Below, piece by piece: positions 55,300-64,000 of a stretch of DNA of 64,000 bases (its first letter is position 1; every line of letters starts with the position of its first letter). The DNA comes from Coriobacteriia bacterium. Its GTDB lineage: Bacteria > Actinomycetota > Coriobacteriia > Anaerosomatales > JBAZZO01. Both the position numbers and the translations under genes were made by a program. Location of the stretch: assembly GCA_041658765.1 (NCBI GenBank), contig JBAZZO010000002.1, positions 76,891-140,890 of the forward strand, written 5' to 3'. The notes under the pieces are model-generated. The model saw nothing but the letters and a program-made list of their open reading frames with translations. It ran no database searches and was not told the DNA's origin.

Positions 55300-56111
55300 C
55301 TCGCCCCCGCGAGCAACAGGAGGTAGTAGGTCACCAACGAGACCATGATGAGGCTGTCGAAGCGGTCGAGAAAGCCCCCATGCCCGGGGAGCCGGGTTCC
55401 GGAGTCCTTGATGCCCGCTTCACGCTTCAGCCGCGATTCCGCCAGGTCGCCGACGACGGCCGCTATCGAGACCGCCACACCGACGAGTGCGTGACCGGCC
55501 AGAGAGAACGTCGGCTCGACGAGGCCGACGACGATCCAGACCCCGACGGTGAAGACGGTGCCGGCGGCGAACCCTTCCCATGTCTTGTTCGGCGATATGT
55601 GTGGCGCCAAGCGGTGCTTGCCGAGCGAGGCGCCGACCGCGTATGCGAAGACGTCGTTCGCCCAGACGCTCACGACGGTCGCGAGAGTGAGTCCCCAACC
55701 CCCGGCGAACCCCCGGATCAGGACGAGGTGCGCGAGCGAGAAGCCGACGTAGACCGCGCCGAAGACGGTGACAGCCGTGTCGGTGGCCGATACGCGCTTG
55801 AACGCGAGGTGCCACACGAGCGAAGCGGCGACGAGTGTCGCCACCGTGCCGGCGAGACCCTCGACGCCCCAGAGGGCAGCCGACAGTGGCATCGCGAAGA
55901 CCGCGACGAGGCCGAAGACCTCGTTCGGGAGTCGCGACTCCCGACGCGTGATGGTGTAGAACTCCGACGCCGCCAGGACGGCGACCACGGCGAGGAGGAC
56001 TCCGAGACCGAGCGCGTGCCCATAGAGGATCGCGGCGAGGAACGCGACGCCGATGGCGAGGGCGGTCGCGATGCGCGTGGGAAGGCCGGACATCCGCGAC
56101 GGGGCGCTCAT
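55296..56111 (-). CDS. cdsA: Phosphatidate cytidylyltransferase
   Basis: Polytopic membrane protein with the C-terminal signature SRLKREAGIKDSGTRLPGHGGFLDRFDS. Confidence 0.9.
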   Translation of the reverse strand: MSAPSRMSGLPTRIATALAIGVAFLAAILYGHALGLGVLLAVVAVLAASEFYTITRRESRLPNEVFGLVAVFAMPLSAALWGVEGLAGTVATLVAASLVWHLAFKRVSATDTAVTVFGAVYVGFSLAHLVLIRGFAGGWGLTLATVVSVWANDVFAYAVGASLGKHRLAPHISPNKTWEGFAAGTVFTVGVWIVVGLVEPTFSLAGHALVGVAVSIAAVVGDLAESRLKREAGIKDSGTRLPGHGGFLDRFDSLIMVSLVTYYLLLLAGAR

Positions 56112-56887
56112 GAGGTACCTCCGAAGCGGCGTTCGCGAGACTGGTAGTCGATGACCGCCTCCAGTAGAGTCTGCCGGTCGAAGTCAGGCCATAGCACCGG
56201 GGTGACGTGGATCTCGGAGTACGCCGACTGCCAGAGCAGGAAATTGGAGAGGCGCATCTCCCCGCTCGTGCGGATGATCAGGTCCGGATCCGGCAGTCCT
56301 GCTGCATAGAGGCGCGAGGCGACGGCGTCCTCATCGACGGCGTCCGGCGAGAGTCTGCCGTCGGCGACGTCGTGCGCGATCGATGCCGCGGCATCGGCGA
56401 TCTCGGCACGTCCTCCGTAGTCGAGGGCGATCACGAGCGTCAGGGTACGGAGGTGCTCGGTGCGCTCCTGTGCCCGGAGGAAAGCTTGGAGAGTGGGCGC
56501 CGGCATGGAGTCCGTCCTTCCGATGAGCCGGACCCTTACCCCGAGACGCTCGAGGTTGTCCAGCTCGCGCGTCAGGACCTCGACGAAGAGGCCCATCAGT
56601 CCCTGTACCTCTTCGCGGGGCCGGGTCCAGTTCTCCGAGCTGAACGAGAACACGGTCAGGACGCCGATGCCGAGCTCGATGGCTGCAGTGATGAGCTCCC
56701 GGAGGGCCTCCGCGCCGGCCCGGTGGCCTGCCAGCCTCGGAAGGCCGTGCATGCGCGCCCATCTTCCGTTGCCGTCCATGATCACCGCGACGTGCGAAGG
56801 GATACGCGCCGGGTCGAGGTGTGCGATGAGTTCGCGCCCCCGGTCGGTCGCGAAGAAGGCCGAGCCTGAGGTCGGATCAGCAGCCAC
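56108..56887 (-). CDS. uppS: Isoprenyl transferase (undecaprenyl diphosphate synthase family)
   Basis: HVAVIMDGNGRWA, FSSENWTRP and RTSGEMRLSNFLLWQ. Confidence 0.93.
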   Translation of the reverse strand: MAADPTSGSAFFATDRGRELIAHLDPARIPSHVAVIMDGNGRWARMHGLPRLAGHRAGAEALRELITAAIELGIGVLTVFSFSSENWTRPREEVQGLMGLFVEVLTRELDNLERLGVRVRLIGRTDSMPAPTLQAFLRAQERTEHLRTLTLVIALDYGGRAEIADAAASIAHDVADGRLSPDAVDEDAVASRLYAAGLPDPDLIIRTSGEMRLSNFLLWQSAYSEIHVTPVLWPDFDRQTLLEAVIDYQSRERRFGGTS

Positions 56888-56893
56888 GGGCCG

Positions 56894-57450
56894 CTAGACC
56901 TCCATGATCTCGTGCTCTTTGCGCTTCAGGATCTCGTCGATGTCCTTCACGTGGGCGTCGACGAGCTTCTGCACCTCGGTCTCAGACCTGCGAAGATCGT
57001 CCTCACTGATCTCGGCGTCGTGCTCGCTGCGCTCGAGCTGCTTGAGCACGTCGTGCCTGACCTCGCGTATAGCGACCTTGGCCCGCTCCGCGTACTGCTT
57101 GCACAGCTTCGCGAGTTCCTTGCGCCGTTCCTCCGTCAGCGGCGGGAAAGGAAGACGGAGCACAGTGCCGTCGTTGCTCGGGTTGAGACCGAGGTCGGAC
57201 GCGAGGATGGCTTTCTCGACGGCGCCGAGGAGGGACTTGTCCCACGGTTCGATCACGAGCAGGTGAGGATCGGGAGACTTGATCGTCGCAACCTGTGGTA
57301 CGGGCATCATCCCGCCGTAGTACTCGACCTTTATCTCGTCGAGGACCGCAGCCGACGCGCGGCCCGTCCGCACGGTGGAGAACTCGTGCGCCAGATGCTG
57401 GATCGCCTTCTTCATGCGCTCGTCGGCGTTGCGGATGGCTTGGGCGGGCA

Positions 57451-57451
<1 letters not shown>
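56894..57451 (-). CDS. frr: Ribosome recycling factor
   Basis: A 185-aa full-length match to Frr (TVRTGRASAAVLD...). Its ATG shares 1 nt with the pyrH stop (TGATG). Confidence 0.95.
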
Positions 57452-58197
<746 letters not shown>

Positions 58198-59085
58198 TCA
58201 GCAGCCGGATGCTGCCTTGCCGTCGGAGGTCTCCCCCAGGGCGTAGCGCGCGAATCGCGTGATCACGAACTCAGAACTGCCGGCGGCGCGCTTGACGAGC
58301 TGCTCCACCGTGATGTCCGGGTCCTTGACGAAGGGCTGCTCGAGAAGGCAGACCTCCTTGAAGAACTTGTCGAGGCGGCCCGTCGCGATCTTTTCCTGTA
58401 TGGCCTCGGGCTTGCCGCTCTCGGCAGCCTGCGCCCTGTAGATGCTCTTCTCGTGCTCTATCACGTCCGCGGGGACCTGGTCGCGACGGATCCAGCCCGG
58501 CGCTGCTGCGGCGACGTGCATGGCGATGTCGCGCGCGAGCGCCGAGACGGGCTCGCCTTCGCCGCCGGCGATCTCGACGAGTACGCCGATGCGGCCGACG
58601 CCGTGGACGTAAGAGCCGATGGTGGACACGGCGTCGGACGAGAATCGCAGGAAGCGGGTGATGCCCATGTTCTCATCCAGCCTCGAGACGACCTCGCCGA
58701 GCGCCTGCTCGACCGTTAGCGAGGGGTTCGCCGACCACGATGCCCCCATGAGCGAGGCGACGTCAGCAGGCGCGGTGGCGGCCACCTGGGCCGCGACCCT
58801 GCCGACGAAGCCCGAGAACTCCTCGTTGAGGGCGACGAAGTCGGTCTCGCAGTTGACCTCGACGACCGCGGCCGTGCGCCCGTCGGGCATGACGTGCGTG
58901 GCTACGAGGCCCTCATTGGTGGCGCGTCCGGACTTCTTGGCGAGGTCGGCCAGACCCTTGGTGCGAAGGATGTCGACAGCCTTGCTCATGTCGCAGTCGG
59001 CCTCGGTCAGCGCGCGCTTGCAGTCCATCATGCCCGCGCCGGTCGTCTCGCGCAGTTCCTTGACCATCGATGCGGTGATCTCCAT
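58198..59085 (-). CDS. tsf: Elongation factor Ts
   Basis: MEITASMVKELRETTGAGMMDCKRAL UBA-like N-terminus. ATG at 59085. The ORF-track start at 59343 is an over-extension overlapping rpsB. Confidence 0.95.
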   Translation of the reverse strand: MEITASMVKELRETTGAGMMDCKRALTEADCDMSKAVDILRTKGLADLAKKSGRATNEGLVATHVMPDGRTAAVVEVNCETDFVALNEEFSGFVGRVAAQVAATAPADVASLMGASWSANPSLTVEQALGEVVSRLDENMGITRFLRFSSDAVSTIGSYVHGVGRIGVLVEIAGGEGEPVSALARDIAMHVAAAAPGWIRRDQVPADVIEHEKSIYRAQAAESGKPEAIQEKIATGRLDKFFKEVCLLEQPFVKDPDITVEQLVKRAAGSSEFVITRFARYALGETSDGKAASGC

Positions 59086-59117
59086 AGGAGTCCTTCCGGG
59101 TTCGAGAAGGGTGAGTG

Positions 59118-59912
59118 CTACTCGTCGGCCGCCGGTTCCGCAACGGGTTCGACGGCAGGCTCGGCTGCAGGCTCGGCTGCGGGTTCGACGGCAGGCTCGG
59201 CTACGGGCGCCGGAGCGACCTCGCCGGTCAACGCCGCGCGGCCCTCGACGGCGGCTTCCGCGATGACTTGGCAGATGAGGGCGACGGAGCGGATGGCGTC
59301 GTCGTTGCCCGGCACCACGTAGTCCACCTCGTCGGGATCGCAATTCGTGTCTACCAGCCCGATGATCGGGATGTGAAGGCGACGGGCCTCGGCCACCGCG
59401 ATGGACTCGCGCTTCGTGTCGACGACGAAGACGGCTCCCGGAACGCCCTTCATCTCGCGTATCCCGGAGAGGTTCTTCTCAAGCTTCTCGAACTCGGCGC
59501 GAAGCTTCAGGGCCTCCTTCTTCGGGAGCGCCGCGAGACGCCCGTCGGCCTCCATGGCCTCGAGCTGCACCATGCGGTTGATGCGCGACCTGATGGTCAC
59601 GAAGTTGGTGAGCATGCCGCCGAGCCAGCGCTGGTTGACGTAGGGCATCCCCGAACGCTGCGCCTCCGACGCGATGGACTCCTGTGCCTGCTTCTTGGTG
59701 CCCACGAAGAGGATCTCGCCGCCCGAGGCGGCGATGTCGCGGACGAATCGGTATGACTTGTCGAGCTCCTTGAGGGTCTTCTGAAGGTCGATGATGTAGA
59801 TGCCCGTGCGCTCGGTGAAGATGTACGGGCGCATCTTCGGGTTCCAGCGCCGGGTCTGGTGTCCGAAGTGGACCCCGGATTCCAACAGGTTCTTCATGCT
59901 GACGACGGCCAT
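59118..59912 (-). CDS. rpsB: 30S ribosomal protein S2 (with repetitive A-x-E-P C-terminal tail)
   Basis: [32 protein letters not shown].... ATG at 59912 is preceded by GGAGGTAGAAGT. The tail reads [29 protein letters not shown]. Confidence 0.95.
   Translation of the reverse strand: MAVVSMKNLLESGVHFGHQTRRWNPKMRPYIFTERTGIYIIDLQKTLKELDKSYRFVRDIAASGGEILFVGTKKQAQESIASEAQRSGMPYVNQRWLGGMLTNFVTIRSRINRMVQLEAMEADGRLAALPKKEALKLRAEFEKLEKNLSGIREMKGVPGAVFVVDTKRESIAVAEARRLHIPIIGLVDTNCDPDEVDYVVPGNDDAIRSVALICQVIAEAAVEGRAALTGEVAPAPVAEPAVEPAAEPAAEPAVEPVAEPAADE
59133..59216. repeat. 12-nt tandem repeat array inside the rpsB 3-prime end
   Basis: On the + strand, units gggttcgacggc / aggctcggctgc alternate. A 24-nt copy at 59145-59168 recurs at 59181-59204 with 1 mismatch, with an extra 12-nt unit between them. 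The units encode A-V/A-E-P tetrapeptides. Confidence 0.6.
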
Positions 59913-59967
59913 ACTTCTACCTCCGGTCGGTTGGGCTTCCGCCCGCGTCATCCCCCTCGAAGCGCCA

Positions 59968-59988
59968 CCGCACGGTCTATCCGTGCGG
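59968..59988 (-). promoter_or_regulatory. Hairpin in the rpsB 5-prime leader
   Basis: CCGCACGG-5 nt loop-CCGTGCGG is a perfect 8-bp stem about 55 nt upstream of the rpsB ATG. It lies downstream of a TGG-TACACT extended -10-like element (60035-60043). Confidence 0.35.
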
Positions 59989-60084
59989 CACCGGGCGCCG
60001 GGGTCGGCGGACGTGCATGGTCTAGAGCGCAGGTAGTGTACCACAAGGCCGCTGGAGCCGAGAAGCGGGTCCGGGTCGTGAGAG

Positions 60085-60699
60085 TCAGTACTCCCGGCCG
60101 CAGGACGGGCAGACGAAATGGCCCGAGTACCAGCCCTCGCGCTCCGGATCGGGGATCAGTTCGAGCGCCAGCTCGATCTCGCACGCCGGGCACCAGAACC
60201 TGTGGGGCAGGTGCGCATCGGCGACGATCGCATCGGCGTCGCCCTCACGGTCGCGCACGAACACCCTCATGGCTCGACCGGCACGGCCGTGATCCGCATG
60301 ATGCTCGAGTGCGAGGCGGATGCGGTCGGCGATGTCCGTCGGGCGCGCTTCGTTCTTGATGAGGTAGTCGACGGCTCCGAGGTCCAGACCCCGACGCATG
60401 TCCGATTCCTGGCCGAGGTTGCTGAGGATGATGACCGGGATGTCACGGGTGCGAGGGTCGTTGCGCATCGCCTCGAGGACCTCGAGACCCGACATCCGAG
60501 GCATGACGAGGTCGAGGAGGACCAGGTCGACCACGGTGGACCTGACGGTGTTGAGACATTCGAGGCCGTCCGCCGCAGTGATGACGGTGTAGCCGCGCTG
60601 AGAGAGCGCGTCGTGGTAGATGCGTCGCAGAAGCTCCGTGTCCTCCACGACGAGGATGGTGGCGTCGGGCGGGGGCATTCTCGCCGGCAAGGCCGTCAC
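60085..60699 (-). CDS. Response-regulator receiver domain protein with C-terminal CxxC...CxxC zinc-ribbon-like tail (no recognisable output domain)
   Basis: REC hallmarks: ILVVEDTE, phospho-acceptor context [22 protein letters not shown] and DYLIKN. The tail carries WCPACE and VCPSCG separated by 28 aa. GTG at 60699 lies 4 nt after the sigma-factor stop. ATG at 60678 is an alternative. Confidence 0.75.
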   Translation of the reverse strand: MTALPARMPPPDATILVVEDTELLRRIYHDALSQRGYTVITAADGLECLNTVRSTVVDLVLLDLVMPRMSGLEVLEAMRNDPRTRDIPVIILSNLGQESDMRRGLDLGAVDYLIKNEARPTDIADRIRLALEHHADHGRAGRAMRVFVRDREGDADAIVADAHLPHRFWCPACEIELALELIPDPEREGWYSGHFVCPSCGREY

Positions 60700-60703
60700 C
60701 CGG

Positions 60704-61513
60704 TCAGTCGGCGGTGGCGTAGGACTGCGCCGAATGGAGTCGCGCGCGCAGACGCAGGACGGCCTTCGTGTGCATCTGGCTGACGCGGGACTCCGTGACT
60801 CCGAGGACCTCCCCTATCTCTTTGAGGGTGAGGCCCTCGTAGTAGTACAGAGCGATGACCATCCGCTCTCGCTCGGGGAGGTGCTCAATGGCCGAGGCGA
60901 GGATGTCCTTGACCTCTTCGTTCTCGAACATCCTGACCGGATCCTCGGCCGATTCGTCCTGGATGGAACCGATGAGGCTCGACTTCTCCTCGCGCTCTCC
61001 ACCGGGGGTCCAGAGGTCCTCGAAAGAGACCACCGAGGCGTAGCTCATCTTCGTGTAGACGGTCTGGAGTTCGCGGAGCGAGATCCCCAACTCGATGGCG
61101 ACCTCGGCGTCCGTCGGGGTGCGACGCAGCCGGTTCTCGAGCTGGATGTAGGCGTTCTCGACCTCGCGCGCCCGTGACCTGACGGAACGCGGCACCCAGT
61201 CCATCGCCCGGAGTTCGTCGATGATGGCGCCCTTGATGCGCGCGATGGCGTACGTCTCGAACTTGATGCCGCGCGCGGGATCGAACTTGTCGATAGCGTC
61301 GATGAGACCGAAGATGCCGTAGCTGATGAGGTCGGCCGTCTCGACGGTCTGCGGGAGGTTCGCGGAGAGGCGCCCGGCGACGTACTTGACCAGCGGCGAA
61401 TAGTTGAGGATGAGGCGTTCGCGCGCGGTCGGGTCGCCAGCCTGCTTGTAGGTGGCCCAGATGGCGGATACGTCCGTCCGCTGGTCGGGCTTCATCCTGG
61501 GGGACCCTTTCAC
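60704..61513 (-). CDS. whiG: FliA/WhiG-family RNA polymerase sigma factor
   Basis: Region 2 (LILNYSPLVKYVAGRL...LISYGIFGLIDAIDKFDPARGIKFETYAIARIKGAIIDELR), region 3, and region 4 HTH (LTLKEIGEVLGVTESRVSQMHTKA). The xerC-sigma-rpsB-tsf context matches the actinobacterial whiG locus. The start is GTG at 61513 or ATG at 61495. Confidence 0.85.
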   Translation of the reverse strand: MKGSPRMKPDQRTDVSAIWATYKQAGDPTARERLILNYSPLVKYVAGRLSANLPQTVETADLISYGIFGLIDAIDKFDPARGIKFETYAIARIKGAIIDELRAMDWVPRSVRSRAREVENAYIQLENRLRRTPTDAEVAIELGISLRELQTVYTKMSYASVVSFEDLWTPGGEREEKSSLIGSIQDESAEDPVRMFENEEVKDILASAIEHLPERERMVIALYYYEGLTLKEIGEVLGVTESRVSQMHTKAVLRLRARLHSAQSYATAD

Positions 61514-61516
61514 GGA

Positions 61517-62410
61517 CTAGGCGCGCGGATGCGCGTTGCGATGCACGTCTCGAAGCCGCTTCGGGCTCACGTGAGTATATATCTGGGTCGTCGACAGGGC
61601 AACGTGACCGAGCAGCTCCTGGACGGTCCGGAGGTCGGCGCCGGCGTCGACGAGATGCGTCGCGAAGGTGTGTCGGAGAGAGTGCGGCGAGAGTGACGCC
61701 GCTGCTCCGATCGTGAGCATGTGGCGCTTGAGGAGTCGGCGCACGGAGCCGGATGTGAGTCGCCCGCCATAGCGGTTGAGGAACAGCGCTTCCGTCGTGC
61801 GTCCGTGCGAGAGATGCGACCGCGCGCGCAGCAGGTACTCCCGGATCCGAGCGACCGCGCGCGCGTGCATGGGGACGAGCCTCTCTCGTGAGCCCTTCCC
61901 CATGACGACGGCCTGACCGCGTGCGAGATCGACGCTGCCCAGGTCGAGTCCGGTCAGCTCGCTCACGCGCACGCCGGTCGCGTAGAGGAGTTCGAGGATC
62001 GCACGATCCCGCAGGCCGAACGGGGTGTCGGGAGAAGGCGCGTCCAGCAGGGACTCGAGGAGATCGATCGCGACGGTGCGCGGCAGGCGCGCCGGCAGCT
62101 TCGGGGACGAGAGGACGGCGGCCGGATCGGTGGCGATGATGCCCTCGCGCATGAGGTGTCCGAAAAAGGACCGCACGGCGGCGAGGCGACGGGCGATCGT
62201 GCGTCGGGCGTATCCCGAACGATCGAGCTGGCCGAGGTAGCGACGCAGGTCGCGGTGGTCTAGCGCGATGGGGTCCACGCCGGCGCGCTGTGCCCATGCG
62301 AGATAGGTCGCCAGATCGCAGGAGTACGCGCGCAGCGTGTGCGGCGACAGGCCGCGTTCCACCTCCAGGTGGCGCATGTATGCGGCGACGAGATCGGCGG
62401 CGTCGGTCAT
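61517..62410 (-). CDS. xerC: Tyrosine recombinase XerC/XerD family
   Basis: N-terminal SAM-like core-binding domain. Catalytic residues lie in ...GVRVSEL..., HSLRHTFATHL and LGHVALSTTQIYTHV. ATGA overlap with the trmFO stop. Confidence 0.88.
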   Translation of the reverse strand: MTDAADLVAAYMRHLEVERGLSPHTLRAYSCDLATYLAWAQRAGVDPIALDHRDLRRYLGQLDRSGYARRTIARRLAAVRSFFGHLMREGIIATDPAAVLSSPKLPARLPRTVAIDLLESLLDAPSPDTPFGLRDRAILELLYATGVRVSELTGLDLGSVDLARGQAVVMGKGSRERLVPMHARAVARIREYLLRARSHLSHGRTTEALFLNRYGGRLTSGSVRRLLKRHMLTIGAAASLSPHSLRHTFATHLVDAGADLRTVQELLGHVALSTTQIYTHVSPKRLRDVHRNAHPRA

Positions 62411-63750
62411 CGGACGTCTCCGAGAAGTTCCGGGTGCGACGTCAGGAAGGCCGAAAGGTCCTGGAGGGAGCGTGCAGCATAGGCCGCGTAACGGTCCTTC
62501 TTCGAGCGCACGGGTGGTTCGAGCGGCGGGATGATGCCGAAGTTCACGTGCATGGGCTGGTAGCCGACGGTGTCCGGGCAGGTCGCGTGGCCAACGAGCG
62601 CTCCCAGCGCGGTCGTCGGCGGGAGGACGACCGGGTCGCGGCCGCGAAGCGACGCGACGGTCGCTAGAGCTGCCAGCAGGCCCGTCCCGGCCGCCTCCAG
62701 GTAGCCTTCCGTGCCGAGGATCTGACCAGCGAGGCGCATGCCGGGACGGGAGCGGAGGGCCAGGTCCGGGGTGACGAGACGAGGAGCGTCGACGAAGGTG
62801 TTCCGGTGCATCACGCCGTAGCGCAGGAACTCGGCGTCCTCGAGTCCTGGGATCAGCCGGAAGACCCTACGCTGCTCGGGGAACGTGAGGTTCGTCTGGA
62901 AGCCGACGAGGTTGTACGCGCTGCCCGCCCGGTCCTCCGCGCGTAGCTGGACGACCGCCCACGGCCGTCGGCCGGTGGCTGGGTCCACGAGTCCGACCGG
63001 TTTGAGAGGCCCGAAGCGTAGAGCGTCGTGGCCGGTGCGCGCGATCTCCTCCACGGGCTGGCAGGCCGAGAACAGCTCGCGGCGTTCGAAAGTCCTCGCT
63101 TCCACGCGCTGCGCGCCGACGAGGGCTTCGACAAGGGAGTCGTATCCGGCACGATCGAGCGGGCAGTTGAGGTAGTCGTCGCCCTCCCCCTTCCCCCAAC
63201 GCGAGGCCCCGAATGCGACCCCGCGGTCTATGGTCTCGCTGGCGACGATCGGGGCCGCCGCGTCCCAGAAGGCGAGCCGGTCGGACCCCACGACCTGGGA
63301 AAGAGCGGACGCGAACGCATCGCTGGTGAGCGGACCGGTGGCGACGACGGAGGGACCCTCGGGAAGGCCGGTCGCCTCGACGCGCTCCACCCGGACCAGC
63401 GGGTGTCCCTCGAGAGTGGCGGTGACGCGCGACGAGAAACGTTCGCGGTCGACCGCGAGGGCGGAGCCGGCCGGGACCGATTCGGCACGAGCGCACTCGA
63501 CGATCAGGCTGCCGAGGGCGGCGAGCTCGCGTTTGAGCAGACCCGCGGCCGTGGCCGGGTCGTCGCTCCGCAGGGAATTGCTGCAGACGAGTTCGGCGAA
63601 GTCGGCTCCGTGGTGCGCGGGACCGGTACGCCGGGGTCGCATCTCCAGCAGGGTCACCGGTATCCCCCGGATGGCGAGCTGCCATGCGGCCTCGGAGCCG
63701 GCGAGACCGGCTCCTACCACGGTGACGCGCGGCGACGGCGCTGGCGGCAA
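62407..63750 (-). CDS. trmFO: Methylenetetrahydrofolate--tRNA-(uracil54-C5)-methyltransferase TrmFO
   Basis: FAD-binding VVGAGLAGSEAAWQLA and a full-length Gid/TrmFO pattern. TTG at 63750 has GGAGG 6 nt upstream. Confidence 0.92.
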   Translation of the reverse strand: MPPAPSPRVTVVGAGLAGSEAAWQLAIRGIPVTLLEMRPRRTGPAHHGADFAELVCSNSLRSDDPATAAGLLKRELAALGSLIVECARAESVPAGSALAVDRERFSSRVTATLEGHPLVRVERVEATGLPEGPSVVATGPLTSDAFASALSQVVGSDRLAFWDAAAPIVASETIDRGVAFGASRWGKGEGDDYLNCPLDRAGYDSLVEALVGAQRVEARTFERRELFSACQPVEEIARTGHDALRFGPLKPVGLVDPATGRRPWAVVQLRAEDRAGSAYNLVGFQTNLTFPEQRRVFRLIPGLEDAEFLRYGVMHRNTFVDAPRLVTPDLALRSRPGMRLAGQILGTEGYLEAAGTGLLAALATVASLRGRDPVVLPPTTALGALVGHATCPDTVGYQPMHVNFGIIPPLEPPVRSKKDRYAAYAARSLQDLSAFLTSHPELLGDVR

Positions 63751-63820
63751 GTGCGACCTCCGGGAAGCGAACGGACGAGATGGACGCCACGATTGTACCG
63801 CCGCGCGAGAGAAGCGCGCG

Positions 63821-64000
63821 TCAACCCGGACCGTACCGGCCGTCGGGGTATCTGTGGACGAGGCCTGCGGCCTCGAGTGATGCGACGCGCCGCAGGATCT
63901 GAGCGACCGGGAGGCGAAGTGCCGTTGCTAGGTCGTCGGGGCGCATCGGGTCGGCGAGGAGCGCGCGCAGTGCGCCGTCCTCGGTGGCTTGCAGGCCGTC
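63821..64000 (-). CDS. C-terminal 59 codons of an upstream gene; winged-helix tail resembling the DprA C-terminal domain (3-prime partial view)
   Basis: The frame is open from the window edge to TGA (63821-63823). It translates as DGLQATEDGALRALLADPMRPDDLATALRLPVAQILRRVASLEAAGLVHRYPDGRYGPG. The DprA assignment rests on the winged-helix-like sequence and the usual dprA-(topA)-trmFO-xerC neighbourhood. It is not in the ORF track because no start codon lies within the window. Confidence 0.4.
   Translation of the reverse strand, partial: DGLQATEDGALRALLADPMRPDDLATALRLPVAQILRRVASLEAAGLVHRYPDGRYGPG

Noticed and set aside
58198-60044. N-terminal extensions of tsf (to 59343) and rpsB (to 60044) given in the ORF track. 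Similar extensions appear for rimP, dapA, dapB, pnp, rpsO, yajQ, rimO, lexA, nrdR, rny, proS, the PHP gene and the NUDIX gene.
   Set aside because: The extensions are Arg-rich junk that overlaps neighbouring genes or promoters. The canonical protein N-termini begin at internal ATG/GTG/TTG codons that have Shine-Dalgarno sequences.
61517-62410. Tyrosine recombinase as a marker of an integrated mobile element.
   Set aside because: It sits in the conserved trmFO-xerC-whiG-rpsB housekeeping context and overlaps trmFO by ATGA. There are no flanking repeats, tRNA target or phage/transposon genes. It fits the chromosome dimer-resolution XerC.

Overview
A very GC-rich, gene-dense chromosomal core segment. 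The synteny is typical of high-GC Gram-positive bacteria (Actinomycetota-like): recA-recX, miaB-miaA-dapF-hflX, lexA/nrdR, rimP-nusA-infB-rbfA-truB-ribF-rpsO-pnp, and rpsB-tsf-pyrH-frr-uppS-cdsA-dxr-rseP-ispG-proS. Anaerobe-style genes are also present: class III RNR nrdD/nrdG, a DapL-type lysine pathway and spoVS. The first 6.1 kb is on the + strand and holds a Liv-type ABC importer (5-prime partial), a PaaK-like CoA ligase and three uncharacterised small proteins. From about 6.4 kb to the window end nearly every gene is on the - strand; lexA is the only exception. Many junctions overlap by 1-17 nt, which suggests long translationally coupled operons. I found no rRNA, tRNA, CRISPR array, transposase or prophage signature by eye. 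Many ORF-track entries are high-GC shadow ORFs or have N-terminal over-extensions. I trimmed starts where an RBS plus ATG/GTG/TTG and the neighbouring stop codon supported it. Readable regulatory signals include five GAAC-N4-GTTC LexA boxes, one NrdR-like box and several sigma-70-like promoters, most with a TGn extended -10 (three of them TGG-TA). There is also a leader hairpin plus T7 tract ahead of rimP-nusA and a strong hairpin between rpsO and pnp. No clear-cut novel multi-gene system is visible. The best second-look candidates are:
- a receiver-domain/zinc-ribbon protein coupled to the WhiG/FliA-type sigma factor
- an orphan GHKL ATPase and a PHP phosphoesterase flanking spoVS downstream of rny
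- a LigB/Memo-like-AMMECR1 fusion wedged between miaB and miaA
- the long repeat-containing rny leader
- a structured 294-bp noncoding gap with a coupled 19-codon micro-ORF at 6.1-6.4 kb
All functional calls come from motif recognition by eye. No database search was run.
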